A DNA stretch of 64,000 nt from a virus (Duplodnaviria > Heunggongvirae > Uroviricota > Caudoviricetes), in the IMG/VR virus record IMGVR_UViG_3300027712_000017, one strand, 5' to 3'. Shown one piece after another: positions 16,653-26,917 of this stretch. The notes beneath the pieces are model-generated. The model was given only the letters and a program-made list of their open reading frames with translations. It did no database searches and was not told the DNA's origin. Numbering within the stretch: position 1 is the first letter of the stretch; the number at the start of each line of letters is the position of its first letter. The translations under genes and the position numbers were made by a program.

Positions 16653-19639
16653 TGTCGAATATTGAAAAGAATATTTCTCAGTTTATCAAAAATCAATTCC
16701 CTGTTATTTACAGGGAAGAAGGTGATTTGTTTGTTGAATTTGCGACTAAATATTATGAATGGATGGAACAATCGAACAATGTTTTATATTATTCAAGAAA
16801 TTTTTTAGAAAATAGAGATATTGATGAGACTGTAGATGATTTTATCATAAGATTCAAAAATAAGTATCTAAATGATATTCAAATTGACACTGTTTCTAGT
16901 TCAAGAAATCTAGTAAAACATTCATTAGATTTATATCGTGCAAAGGGAACTGAGCGTGCTATTGACACGTTTTTTCGTGCTGTATATGGCGCACCTGCTG
17001 AAATTTATTACCCAGGTAAAGACGTTTTTCGCCTATCAGATGGAAGATGGGTTAAGCCTATCTACCTCGAAGTCAATGAAAGTGAACACAATGTTTTTTT
17101 TGCTGGCAAACAGATTGTAGGTTTGAATAGTGGAGCTACAGCTTTCGTTGAACGATACATCAAACGCAAAATTAAATCAAAATATATTCACATATTTTAC
17201 ATATCTGCAATTAACGGAGAATTTGTAACAGGTGAATCTTTGACGTTGCCCGATCAGACGACTTTGAAAAACATACCTAAAGTTATTGGGTCAGTGACAA
17301 CACTTGATGTTATTGCAGGAAGCAGCGGGTTTGCAATTGGCGATATTGTCAATATATCTTCTGAAAACGGCAATCAAGGTAAAGCAAGAGTTACTGCAAT
17401 CGCAGACGTTACAGGACTTGTGACATTTAATTTAACAGATAGTGGATGGGGTTATACTTCAAATGCTCAAATCCTAGTTTCTGATAAAGTTTTAACTCTT
17501 AGCAATGTTGTTGCAGGACCTGCAACAACAGATTTGCCTTTTAAATTATTTGAGACTATCAAACAACCTTTAGCTAATATCGCCCTTAGAAATGCAAATA
17601 ATACTATTTCAATTGCTAATGGTGATTATCTTTACACATATTATTCAAATAATAAATTAGCAGGAACAGGTCGAGTTTTATCATATACTTCAAATGGTTC
17701 TACAAACGGTGAAGTTTTTGTTGCAGAAGTTTATAACACACTCGGACCAGTAGTTCAGCCATCTGCAAACTTAGCAGGAACTGTTTCTGTAACTTTGAAT
17801 GATACACCTGTTACGGGATATAGCACTATAACTGCTAACTCAACAATCATTGATGGCACAGGAACTGATTTTGTAAGCAATATTAGACTAGGTCAGATTA
17901 TTAAATTATTTGCGTATAATAGCAATAACGTATTATTGAGTATTCAAGACAAAAAAGTTTCAAGTATAGCTAATACTACTCGTCTTACTTTGACAACAAA
18001 TTCGACAACAACTTCTTCTAAAGTCATAATTCAATCTATAGGTTCATTGGGTATAACTGGATCAGGAACTTCTTTTAATACTCAATTTGTTTACGGTGAC
18101 ACAATTGCAATTTTTGGTAATTCTTCTAGTTATGTTTTGAGAACTGTCAATGCTGTTACAAACGCAACATATTTAACTATTCAGGAGAATATTGATTTTA
18201 GTAACACTTCATGCAATTATGCTAATGTGTCATACGACTATAAAGTATATACTGGAGGCAACACATTAAGTGCGAATATTTCAACAAGAACTGATAAATC
18301 TGTTACAGCTAATATTATGGGTGAGTCTGCAAATTTGACGTTATATGTCACGGGCATCAATGGGCAATACACAAACAATCAAATCGTGTATCAACTGAAT
18401 GCAAATAATGTTGAAATTGCTAATGCAATTGTAGTTTCTTCTCAAATCACCGTAGGTTCGAATGTTCTTTATAGTGTTCAGAATTCTAACGGCGTATTTG
18501 TTGTAGGCGGTCAACCTATTAATTCAAGATATGCTAATGGAAAAAATACAGGATTTATTGGCACTTTATCTAGAGTTGATATGAGTATAGGTATTACTGA
18601 TATTGCAGGTGCAGGTTCGTTTACTGATACCACATACAACTATGTCTATGGTGTTGACTCTTCGTCAAATGCTTCTATATCTAGAATAAGTTCAGGTACT
18701 TTAGCTGATTTTAGTATAACTAATACAATGACATATTCTGAAAGTATCATAATATCAACAGATAGAATAACTAAATATGCAAATGTAAGATTAAATTCTA
18801 CTGTATTCGGGTTTCCTGCTAACGTAACTGCAAATGTAATTTCACATAACTTGATAGATATATTACCGCCTTCTACATATGATATAATCATTGGCGGAAT
18901 ATCATCTTTGACAGGCATCAACCCAGGTAAGAATTATGACGTAGCACCATTTGTAACATTATATGAACCTGAAGTTGCTATTTTCGGTTTAAGAGATCTT
19001 GAGTTGCAGATAACAAATCTTGTTGGCGGATATTTCTCACCTGGCGAATTAGTTTATCAAACTTCCGGTGCTAGAGGCATCGTGAAGGAAGCAAATTCTA
19101 CTAATGTTAGTGTAAAGAGATTAAACTTTGCAAATAGTTTCTTACTCACGGAAAATATCACTGGCTCTTTGACAGGATCTTATGCAAATGTAATTTCATT
19201 CTTTACTTCACCTGGTGCAACTCCTATAGGTTTGAATGCTTTAGTTTCTGCTAATGTGCAAACTTCTTCAGGTTCTGTTAGCAAGTTAGAAGTATATGAT
19301 TCCGGTTTCGGATATTTACCTGATGAAGTTACAAAATTTGTTTCAAGTGATGGAACAAGAACAGGTACTACAAAAATAAATTTAGGCAAAAAAGGAATGT
19401 CTGAAGGTTTCTATAAGAATAAAAAAGGTCAATTGAGTGCGTCTAAATACATTTATGACGGCGAATATTATCAAGATTTTTCTTATGAAATTATCACTGA
19501 AATTCATGTCGATAAATATGCTGATATGCTTAAAAAGGTATTACACGTTGCAGGGACTAAATTCTTCTCATCAACAATTTTATCTGACGTAGCAAATAAT
19601 TCAACGAACATTATAACTGTAATTACGAAAGAATCATAA
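16652..19639 (+). CDS. gp7: Baseplate wedge initiator gp7 (with large insertions)
   Basis: QFPVIYREE...FATKYYEW, DLYRAKGTE and a C-terminal DGEYYQDFSYEI...LKKVLHVAG; gp6-gp7-gp8 synteny. Confidence 0.8.
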   Translation: MSNIEKNISQFIKNQFPVIYREEGDLFVEFATKYYEWMEQSNNVLYYSRNFLENRDIDETVDDFIIRFKNKYLNDIQIDTVSSSRNLVKHSLDLYRAKGTERAIDTFFRAVYGAPAEIYYPGKDVFRLSDGRWVKPIYLEVNESEHNVFFAGKQIVGLNSGATAFVERYIKRKIKSKYIHIFYISAINGEFVTGESLTLPDQTTLKNIPKVIGSVTTLDVIAGSSGFAIGDIVNISSENGNQGKARVTAIADVTGLVTFNLTDSGWGYTSNAQILVSDKVLTLSNVVAGPATTDLPFKLFETIKQPLANIALRNANNTISIANGDYLYTYYSNNKLAGTGRVLSYTSNGSTNGEVFVAEVYNTLGPVVQPSANLAGTVSVTLNDTPVTGYSTITANSTIIDGTGTDFVSNIRLGQIIKLFAYNSNNVLLSIQDKKVSSIANTTRLTLTTNSTTTSSKVIIQSIGSLGITGSGTSFNTQFVYGDTIAIFGNSSSYVLRTVNAVTNATYLTIQENIDFSNTSCNYANVSYDYKVYTGGNTLSANISTRTDKSVTANIMGESANLTLYVTGINGQYTNNQIVYQLNANNVEIANAIVVSSQITVGSNVLYSVQNSNGVFVVGGQPINSRYANGKNTGFIGTLSRVDMSIGITDIAGAGSFTDTTYNYVYGVDSSSNASISRISSGTLADFSITNTMTYSESIIISTDRITKYANVRLNSTVFGFPANVTANVISHNLIDILPPSTYDIIIGGISSLTGINPGKNYDVAPFVTLYEPEVAIFGLRDLELQITNLVGGYFSPGELVYQTSGARGIVKEANSTNVSVKRLNFANSFLLTENITGSLTGSYANVISFFTSPGATPIGLNALVSANVQTSSGSVSKLEVYDSGFGYLPDEVTKFVSSDGTRTGTTKINLGKKGMSEGFYKNKKGQLSASKYIYDGEYYQDFSYEIITEIHVDKYADMLKKVLHVAGTKFFSSTILSDVANNSTNIITVITKES

Positions 19640-21996
19640 TGGCTCAATCTAAAAAACTCATAACTAAAGAAACTCGTCTACATAATGCTAGACAGTTATT
19701 AGAATCGGTCAATGAGCCTTCAAATACTGCCTATTACACATTCATAGGTAATCATCTAGATTATGCAAATACTTCGAACATACCACAGCCATATGATTCA
19801 GTATCTGAAGTACATATTGATGCCTATCGGAATATGATTTATGGTAAAAGATTAAATTCCGGTGATATGTCTTTGATGATCAGAAGAAATGATTACGTCA
19901 CAAACACTGTATATACAATGTATGATGACAATTTGGGTGAATCCAATCTCGCATTATTTGACAGTAATTATTATGCTATTGTAAACGCTGATGCCTTTTA
20001 TCATGTATTCAAATGTTTAGATAATAACAGAAACTCACCGTCAACAATCCAACCTGAATTTTCCGAAATTGATGTGGCAGATGAATCATATCAAACTTCT
20101 GATGGATATACATGGAAATATATGTATACTGTCGATGATACTTTTAAAAGAAAATTTGCAACTAGTGAATATTTTCCAGTCGTTGCAAACGCTCAAGTTT
20201 CATCTGCTGCAAAAACAGGTATTATCGACGTTATCAAAGTAGAGACTGCAGGTTCAGGTTATGACAACTACTGTAATGGTGTTTTCCGAGTAGATGATTT
20301 GAGAATCGGAGGTAATGTCAGAACATATTCATTGAACAGTTCAGTTGGTGCAAATACAACAAGTAGATTTTATACAGGGTGCTATATTTACATTTCATCC
20401 GGCACTGGCGCAGGACAATATGCTAAAATTACGGATTATGTCGTAAATTCTACAGTTAAAGCAATAACGATTGACCGAGCTTTTAATGTAAAACCATTAG
20501 CTAGTTCTGCGTATCAGATCTCACCCGGTGTAGTAATTTTAGGTGATGGCACCGAGACTGTTACTGCCGAAGCAAGGGCAATCGTAAATTCATACGGCAA
20601 TACAATTCAAAGAATTGAAATGTTGAATTTAGGTGAAAACTATAATTATGCTACTGCTACAACTGTAACAGATTCAGTTGTTGGTGTCAGTAAAACTGCA
20701 ACACTAAGACCAATTTATTCTCCCCCGGGCGGTCATGGTTATGATGCTGCAAGAGAATTGGGTGCAACCAGATTATGTGTCAGCACTAAATTTTCTAATA
20801 CTGATATAGGTATTCCTCTAAAGAATGATTACAGAACAATCGGAATTTTAAGAGATCCAGTATTTGCGAATGTAACTTTTAACATTACGGGTGCTGTAGG
20901 TTCTTTTGTTGCAGGTGAAAGCATATACAAAGTTAATGGCGTAAAAGTAAGTTCAAATGTTAGTATTTCAGCAACAGATTCTGTAGCTATAAGCAACACC
21001 GGAAATAGTGATTTCCTAAATCAATTTTCTGTTGGGGAATATGTTTATTTAAAAACAGAATCAGGATACCAATTATCTGTAGTAAATTCAATTGTAAATT
21101 CAACTTACATGACCTTTGCGTCAAATAATTATTACACTAGTAATCAGAATGCCGATATCTACAAAACAAATATCGGTGCTAATTTAACATCAGTTGATTT
21201 AACATATTCGACTATATTAACTGGCAATGTTTCTGTTAACACGACTTCTGCAAATATGAATGGAACCGGAACTAGTTTTACTACAGAACTTAAAGCAAAT
21301 AGTAGTTTAGTTTTTATCTATAATGCATCTGCTGGCGGCGGAACTATTCGCAAAGTCAAAACAGTTGTTAGCGACACAGTGGCTATACTAGACTCAAATT
21401 GCAGTTTTGCTAATACGACTGCAAAAGCACAATTATTAAGTTACACTGTAAATTCAATAGTTTCACGAGAAATTGGTGCATCACAAGGATTGTTAACATC
21501 AGTTGCAGCAGGAACCTTTGATGCGTCTGGTGTTTCAGGTATATTTAAAACTGGTGATTCTGTAATAGGAGCAAAATCTGGGGCATTTGCAACTATAAGT
21601 TCTATTATGAGAAGCGGGGTCTACAAAGACTTTAGCACTTTTATTCAGATGTATAAATATAACGCAATTCCCTTTTCGGGAAGTTTTGTCGAAGACGAAA
21701 AAGTGTTTCAAAGCACTACAGGTTCTAGTAGACAGCAATTTGCTAATGCATATTTACATTCAGTCGTTGATTCTAACGTAAACAAAGATTATTACGTTAC
21801 AAATCAAATTGGTTCTTTTCAAACTGGATCCCCGATAATAGGAACTTCTAACACCACACCGAGGGCAGATGTTGTTAATAAATATTCTCCGGAATTGGTT
21901 TTTGGTAGCGGTAAAGTCATGTATTTAGAAAAAGTAGATGCTATATCAAGAAGTAATACTGCAGCAGAAACAATCAAATTTATATTCGAATTTTAA
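19639..21996 (+). CDS. gp8: Baseplate wedge protein gp8 (with insertions)
   Basis: VFKCLDNN, DGYTWKYMYT, PPGGHGYDA, NDYRTIGILRDP and SGKVMYLE...ETIKFIFEF motifs. Confidence 0.88.
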   Translation: MAQSKKLITKETRLHNARQLLESVNEPSNTAYYTFIGNHLDYANTSNIPQPYDSVSEVHIDAYRNMIYGKRLNSGDMSLMIRRNDYVTNTVYTMYDDNLGESNLALFDSNYYAIVNADAFYHVFKCLDNNRNSPSTIQPEFSEIDVADESYQTSDGYTWKYMYTVDDTFKRKFATSEYFPVVANAQVSSAAKTGIIDVIKVETAGSGYDNYCNGVFRVDDLRIGGNVRTYSLNSSVGANTTSRFYTGCYIYISSGTGAGQYAKITDYVVNSTVKAITIDRAFNVKPLASSAYQISPGVVILGDGTETVTAEARAIVNSYGNTIQRIEMLNLGENYNYATATTVTDSVVGVSKTATLRPIYSPPGGHGYDAARELGATRLCVSTKFSNTDIGIPLKNDYRTIGILRDPVFANVTFNITGAVGSFVAGESIYKVNGVKVSSNVSISATDSVAISNTGNSDFLNQFSVGEYVYLKTESGYQLSVVNSIVNSTYMTFASNNYYTSNQNADIYKTNIGANLTSVDLTYSTILTGNVSVNTTSANMNGTGTSFTTELKANSSLVFIYNASAGGGTIRKVKTVVSDTVAILDSNCSFANTTAKAQLLSYTVNSIVSREIGASQGLLTSVAAGTFDASGVSGIFKTGDSVIGAKSGAFATISSIMRSGVYKDFSTFIQMYKYNAIPFSGSFVEDEKVFQSTTGSSRQQFANAYLHSVVDSNVNKDYYVTNQIGSFQTGSPIIGTSNTTPRADVVNKYSPELVFGSGKVMYLEKVDAISRSNTAAETIKFIFEF

Positions 21997-22008
21997 GGTT
22001 CAGGGAAC

Positions 22009-25000
22009 ATGACATTAGAGACTAATTTTAACGTAGCTCCATATTTTGATGATTACAATGAAACAAAGGATTTTTATAAAATCCTATTTCGCCCGGGTGT
22101 TGCAGTACAAGCTAGAGAATTAAATCAATTTCAGTCTATTTTGCAAAAACAGATTGAACGTTTCGGAGACAATATCTTCAAGCGCGGGACAATTATTGAT
22201 GGATGTAATTTTAATTTCTATTCATCATATCAATACGCTAAATTAGTTGATCAACAAAAGGATGGTTTGACTGCTATACCATCAAATTACGTTGGCTATT
22301 TTGCGAAGAGCGTAAATCCTTCAATAGGTGTAAACGCATATATTATTAATTATGCTGACGGATTCGTATCGACTTATCCAGATTTGAAAACTATATATTT
22401 GAATTATATTAACTCAGGTGCTAATGGATCAACAAATACATTTACTGCGGGTGAAACAATCAGCATATATGATCCGAACTATCCTCTGTTAGGTGTGGCT
22501 GCAAACAATGGCGGGTTAGGATTTAGTAATAGTGATTCTGTCGTTATTTCTCCTGCTCTTATTGTAAATGTGTCTTCAGGTACCTTTACTAATACTGAAT
22601 ATTTGTACCAACCTTTCACAGGCGCAAACGTTCAAATTATTGGAATCGACACTACTACGTTAGCAGATACACAACAAGTAATTCTTCGTGTCAAACCTAG
22701 AACAGCTGACTTGATTGATTCTACAGCAAAATCAACTCGTTGGACAATTTCAAATTCACACCCAGTTAGAAATGCGTCAGCGTCAGTAACTGCTGATGTT
22801 GAAGGTATTATAGGAACTGATGCTTCAGCAATTATTGTAACTGATTCTGCAGGTAAAGTTACTGATGTCACTATAACATCTTTAGGTTCAGGCTATGAAA
22901 CACTTCCTTATGTGACTGTGAAATCAGCAAACAATTCTTCGGGATTGTCAACCCTTAACCTACAACCTAGAAATTATATTGCAAATGTCCAAATCTCAAC
23001 ATTACCTAATTCTATAGGTAACGGTTACGCATTTGCAGTCGGAGATGGTATCGTATATCAAAAGGGATATTTCTCAAAAGTAACACCACAAACTGTGATC
23101 GTTTCTAAATATTCCCAAACACCAGATGCAGTAGTTGTTGGGTTCAATACTGCTGAAAGTATTGTTGATAGTAATATTGACACATCATTGTTAGATAATG
23201 CACAAGGAACTGAAAATGAAAATGCTCCTGGTTCTAACAGATTAAAACTTACTCCTGAACTTATGATTGCATCAACTGCAGATGCAGCAGCAAATGACAA
23301 CTTCTTTTCTCTAGTTGAATGGTCAGAAGGTCGTCCTTATAAGCAAAATCAACAAACTGCTTACAATAAAATCAATGATGAAATGGCTCGTAGAACATCA
23401 GACGAATCCGGCGATTATGTCATAAACAAATTTCTTGTTACTACTAGAAGCCCTGCCAATTCTTCACTAGAAGGTAATACTTTTAGTGTGCTTGTTGATC
23501 CGGGTATTGCATACATTGACGGATATAGAGTTGAAACAAAATCAAATTATACTATCAATATTAAAAAAGGTAATGATTACAGATCAGTAAATAATCATGC
23601 TGTCACATTGAATTATGGAAATTATATTAGGATCAAAGAGGTCGGCGGATTATTCCAATATAGCACTGGCGATATTATTAAGCTATATGATACTGCAAAG
23701 AATTTTATTTCTAACACAGCTGCTGCTGCAATAGGTAATACTGCAAACGTAGGAACTCAAATCGGAACTGCTAGAATTCGTTCGATGTTACCTTATAGCG
23801 GAACTGTAGGAACTGCAGATTCAACATATAAGTTGTATTTGTTTGATGTGAATATGAACTTAGGTAAGAATTTCCGTGATGTAAGATCGGTGTATTATGA
23901 TGGCACAAACAAAGGTATTGCTGATGTTGTTACAAAATATGATGCATTAGTCGGAAAAGATACTGCTATTATTGAAGAAACTGCTAATAGCACCCTGGTG
24001 TTCAATTCTGGCGCATATTCAGTAAAAAGCACTGCCAATAGCACATACAACTATAGAACAATTGATCAAAATATTTCAATTGCCAACTCAGGATCTTTGA
24101 CAAAAGATATATCAAGCATTTCAGGTGAATATTATACATTTGTAGGTGCTGCTCAAGTATCTAATTTGCAGGATATGTACTTAGTTCCAACTAGCGCAGG
24201 CTTAGTCGCTACTCTGTTTGCTAATGGCGATGTTAGCGTTAATACAACCTCGCCGAATGTTGTAGGAACAAGCACATATTTCACTAATGATTTTCAGCCA
24301 GGTGATTTTGTCTATATCAGTAATGGCTCGTCAAACAGTACAAAAAGAATTGTCAGTATCACAAACAATACACTTATGGTGCTAGATTCAAATCCTAGCT
24401 ATGCTAATTCTTCTAACAAAGTATATAGATATTTCCCAAAGAACGTTCCAATTTCGATGGGTGTCAGAAATGTGCCTGGTCAATATAGCCATACTGGCAA
24501 CGTTGATGCTAATGGCAATATTTTGACTATAAAATTCAAGCACGCCAACAACACAGACATGACATTCAATGCTGTGGGTTCAACTACTGCAAGTTTAGGT
24601 GTTGAAATTCAACGCAAAGGTGTAAACTCGTTGACTGTGAATGCTAGAAGAAGCGCATATGTGAAACTTAGACTTGCAAACGTTGCAGGAAGTAATATCG
24701 GGCCATGGTGCATCGGTGTTCCTAATGCATTCAGATTGAGATCAGTTTTTGTAGGTAATTCAACTGTTAACGCAACTGGATTCCCTGATGCTATTGATGA
24801 TTTCTATATTGATCATAATCAAACAGCAGATTATAATGGGCTAAGTTACCTATATAAAACTCCAGGTTCATCTTTAAATTTGAATGCTAGCAATGATTAT
24901 TTACTAGTTAAATTTGATTACGGCATTTCAACAGGTGCAGGTTTCATAGACACAACCTCATATACAGGTGATGCGAACGCAGAAACAGTTGCTATAAATG

Positions 25001-26553
25001 ATAGTTTGCCATTGTCAGGTTTGACTACTAAATACAACTCATTTGAAATTCCTGAAGTTTATACTAAGACAGGAAAATATTATGATTTGATTGGCACACT
25101 TGATTTCCGTCCTTCTGTGAGCAATACAGTATCACCTAATACTACATGGTCTAATGCGCCACTGAACCCATCGAATACAATTAGTTTTGGTGTGACTTCA
25201 GATCCCGCAAATGATAAAAAATTCCCAATCCCAGGATCAATTTTTAAAACTAAACTTGATTATTATGTCGGTCGTATTGACTCGGTATTCGTTGATCGTG
25301 AAGGTGATATATTTGTTACTAAAGGATCATCGGGATATATCAATAATATTGCAAAAGCAAAAATACCTGTAAAACCAGATTATTCGATGAGATTGAATAA
25401 TTTAGTTATTCCGCCATATCCTAATTTACCTATAAATCCTTCGAATACTGTAATTGCTATATTAAATAGAAATATAGCAAATGAAAATAAATCAAATGCT
25501 CGCATTGAAAGTAGAGTTGTCGATGTTCCATTAACTAATGCGAATATTGAGGAACAACAACCCACTGGCTATACTATGAAAGATATTGGAAATCTTGATA
25601 GAAGAATTCAGGATCTAGAATATTATGTTTCATTGACTTTGTTGGAAAAGGATATTAAAGAAAAAACAATTCCTTCATCATCAACACCTACGTTGTCTAG
25701 ATTCAAATATGGATTTTTTGTTGATGACTTTTCGACTACTAATAATACTGATCTAAATCATAAAGCATATGCAGCTTCTATTCAAAATGATGATGCATTG
25801 CCTGAAAAATCATTGTTTACATTGAAGAGTAGAGTTGCAGCACTACATCAGGACTATTTTGAATATCCTGCTGTTTCTCAAGTTAACGCAACATTATATA
25901 CTCCAGCATTGCCACCTAATGGTAATGGTACTGGCAACACTGGAACTGGTAATACTGGAACTGGTAATACTGGTACAGGAAATGTTGTTGTTGTTGTCAA
26001 TACGACACCAATTATATCAAACACATGGTTAACTGTTGCAAACCCATCAACTGTATCACCTGTAACCACAACTAATTTTACAATGGCTAATGCGGCAGGT
26101 CCTGTAACACTGTATGGTCATTTCTACTCAGGTCATGATGCGATTGAAGTTTATCAAGGAAACACTTTAATAAGAACTTCATCAAATAGTTCACAACTTG
26201 CTCAATTGACTACTACAGACAAAACGAAGTTATTGTCGAATGTTGTTCCCGGTAAGTGGTTTAATGGAGTGGTATTTGCAAATTATACTACCAAAGCAGT
26301 ATCATCAACTGGCTGGAGCGGTAATGCTGTAAATAATTCATTCAAGTTTACATGGGATCATAATCCATCAGGCGGATTGCAATATACTATTAAAGTTAGA
26401 TTATTCTCATCAATCTGGAGATATGCAGTAGAATATCCCGGAAGCAATATTACAGTTTCTAATACTGTGACAACTAATGTGGCTGTTACTCCCACCATAT
26501 ATACGGGGACAATGACAATCACACCACCATCAGTTGATACTAACTGGCGCTAA
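22009..26553 (+). CDS. Large VrlC/DUF4815-like virion structural protein, 1514 aa
   Basis: NVAPYFDDY...ILFRPGVAVQARELNQFQSILQKQIERFG, APGSNRLK, IQDLEYYVSLTLLE and FKYGFFVDDF motifs. Confidence 0.85.
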   Translation: MTLETNFNVAPYFDDYNETKDFYKILFRPGVAVQARELNQFQSILQKQIERFGDNIFKRGTIIDGCNFNFYSSYQYAKLVDQQKDGLTAIPSNYVGYFAKSVNPSIGVNAYIINYADGFVSTYPDLKTIYLNYINSGANGSTNTFTAGETISIYDPNYPLLGVAANNGGLGFSNSDSVVISPALIVNVSSGTFTNTEYLYQPFTGANVQIIGIDTTTLADTQQVILRVKPRTADLIDSTAKSTRWTISNSHPVRNASASVTADVEGIIGTDASAIIVTDSAGKVTDVTITSLGSGYETLPYVTVKSANNSSGLSTLNLQPRNYIANVQISTLPNSIGNGYAFAVGDGIVYQKGYFSKVTPQTVIVSKYSQTPDAVVVGFNTAESIVDSNIDTSLLDNAQGTENENAPGSNRLKLTPELMIASTADAAANDNFFSLVEWSEGRPYKQNQQTAYNKINDEMARRTSDESGDYVINKFLVTTRSPANSSLEGNTFSVLVDPGIAYIDGYRVETKSNYTINIKKGNDYRSVNNHAVTLNYGNYIRIKEVGGLFQYSTGDIIKLYDTAKNFISNTAAAAIGNTANVGTQIGTARIRSMLPYSGTVGTADSTYKLYLFDVNMNLGKNFRDVRSVYYDGTNKGIADVVTKYDALVGKDTAIIEETANSTLVFNSGAYSVKSTANSTYNYRTIDQNISIANSGSLTKDISSISGEYYTFVGAAQVSNLQDMYLVPTSAGLVATLFANGDVSVNTTSPNVVGTSTYFTNDFQPGDFVYISNGSSNSTKRIVSITNNTLMVLDSNPSYANSSNKVYRYFPKNVPISMGVRNVPGQYSHTGNVDANGNILTIKFKHANNTDMTFNAVGSTTASLGVEIQRKGVNSLTVNARRSAYVKLRLANVAGSNIGPWCIGVPNAFRLRSVFVGNSTVNATGFPDAIDDFYIDHNQTADYNGLSYLYKTPGSSLNLNASNDYLLVKFDYGISTGAGFIDTTSYTGDANAETVAINDSLPLSGLTTKYNSFEIPEVYTKTGKYYDLIGTLDFRPSVSNTVSPNTTWSNAPLNPSNTISFGVTSDPANDKKFPIPGSIFKTKLDYYVGRIDSVFVDREGDIFVTKGSSGYINNIAKAKIPVKPDYSMRLNNLVIPPYPNLPINPSNTVIAILNRNIANENKSNARIESRVVDVPLTNANIEEQQPTGYTMKDIGNLDRRIQDLEYYVSLTLLEKDIKEKTIPSSSTPTLSRFKYGFFVDDFSTTNNTDLNHKAYAASIQNDDALPEKSLFTLKSRVAALHQDYFEYPAVSQVNATLYTPALPPNGNGTGNTGTGNTGTGNTGTGNVVVVVNTTPIISNTWLTVANPSTVSPVTTTNFTMANAAGPVTLYGHFYSGHDAIEVYQGNTLIRTSSNSSQLAQLTTTDKTKLLSNVVPGKWFNGVVFANYTTKAVSSTGWSGNAVNNSFKFTWDHNPSGGLQYTIKVRLFSSIWRYAVEYPGSNITVSNTVTTNVAVTPTIYTGTMTITPPSVDTNWR
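25921..25983 (+). repeat. Coding tandem repeat, ~15-nt unit (GNTGT x3 after GNGT) in a low-complexity linker
   Basis: ggcaacactggaact ggtaatactggaact ggtaatactggtaca. Confidence 0.8.
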
Positions 26554-26578
26554 TCAATAACTCGGAGCAAATTAAAAA

Positions 26579-26902
26579 ATGGGCGCGACTATTAAAAATT
26601 TCACGATACAATGCAAAGGTTTGAAACCCAATACTATTCATCAATTCTTTTATGAGGGGGTTGATAATACCAATCTGTGTTTGTCCGATATGCCAACAGA
26701 AAAAAATACAACAGTATTAAAAACTGATTCGTCGGGGAATATAAATTTTAGATTTGCTTTGAGTGTAAACCAATCACAGAAATATCATGGCATACTTAAA
26801 CATTATACTGAATATTGGTTAGATATTTCTGGTACTAAAAAATTCGAATTGAAGGCAATAAATTCGACCGCAACAAAAACAGTTCTGTTTGCAGATACTT
26901 AA
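26579..26902 (+). CDS. Small structural protein resembling an internal VrlC segment
   Basis: KGLKPNTIHQFFYEG...TDSSGNINFRF; own GGAG SD. Confidence 0.6.
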   Translation: MGATIKNFTIQCKGLKPNTIHQFFYEGVDNTNLCLSDMPTEKNTTVLKTDSSGNINFRFALSVNQSQKYHGILKHYTEYWLDISGTKKFELKAINSTATKTVLFADT

Positions 26903-26917
26903 GGATTAATAAGATAA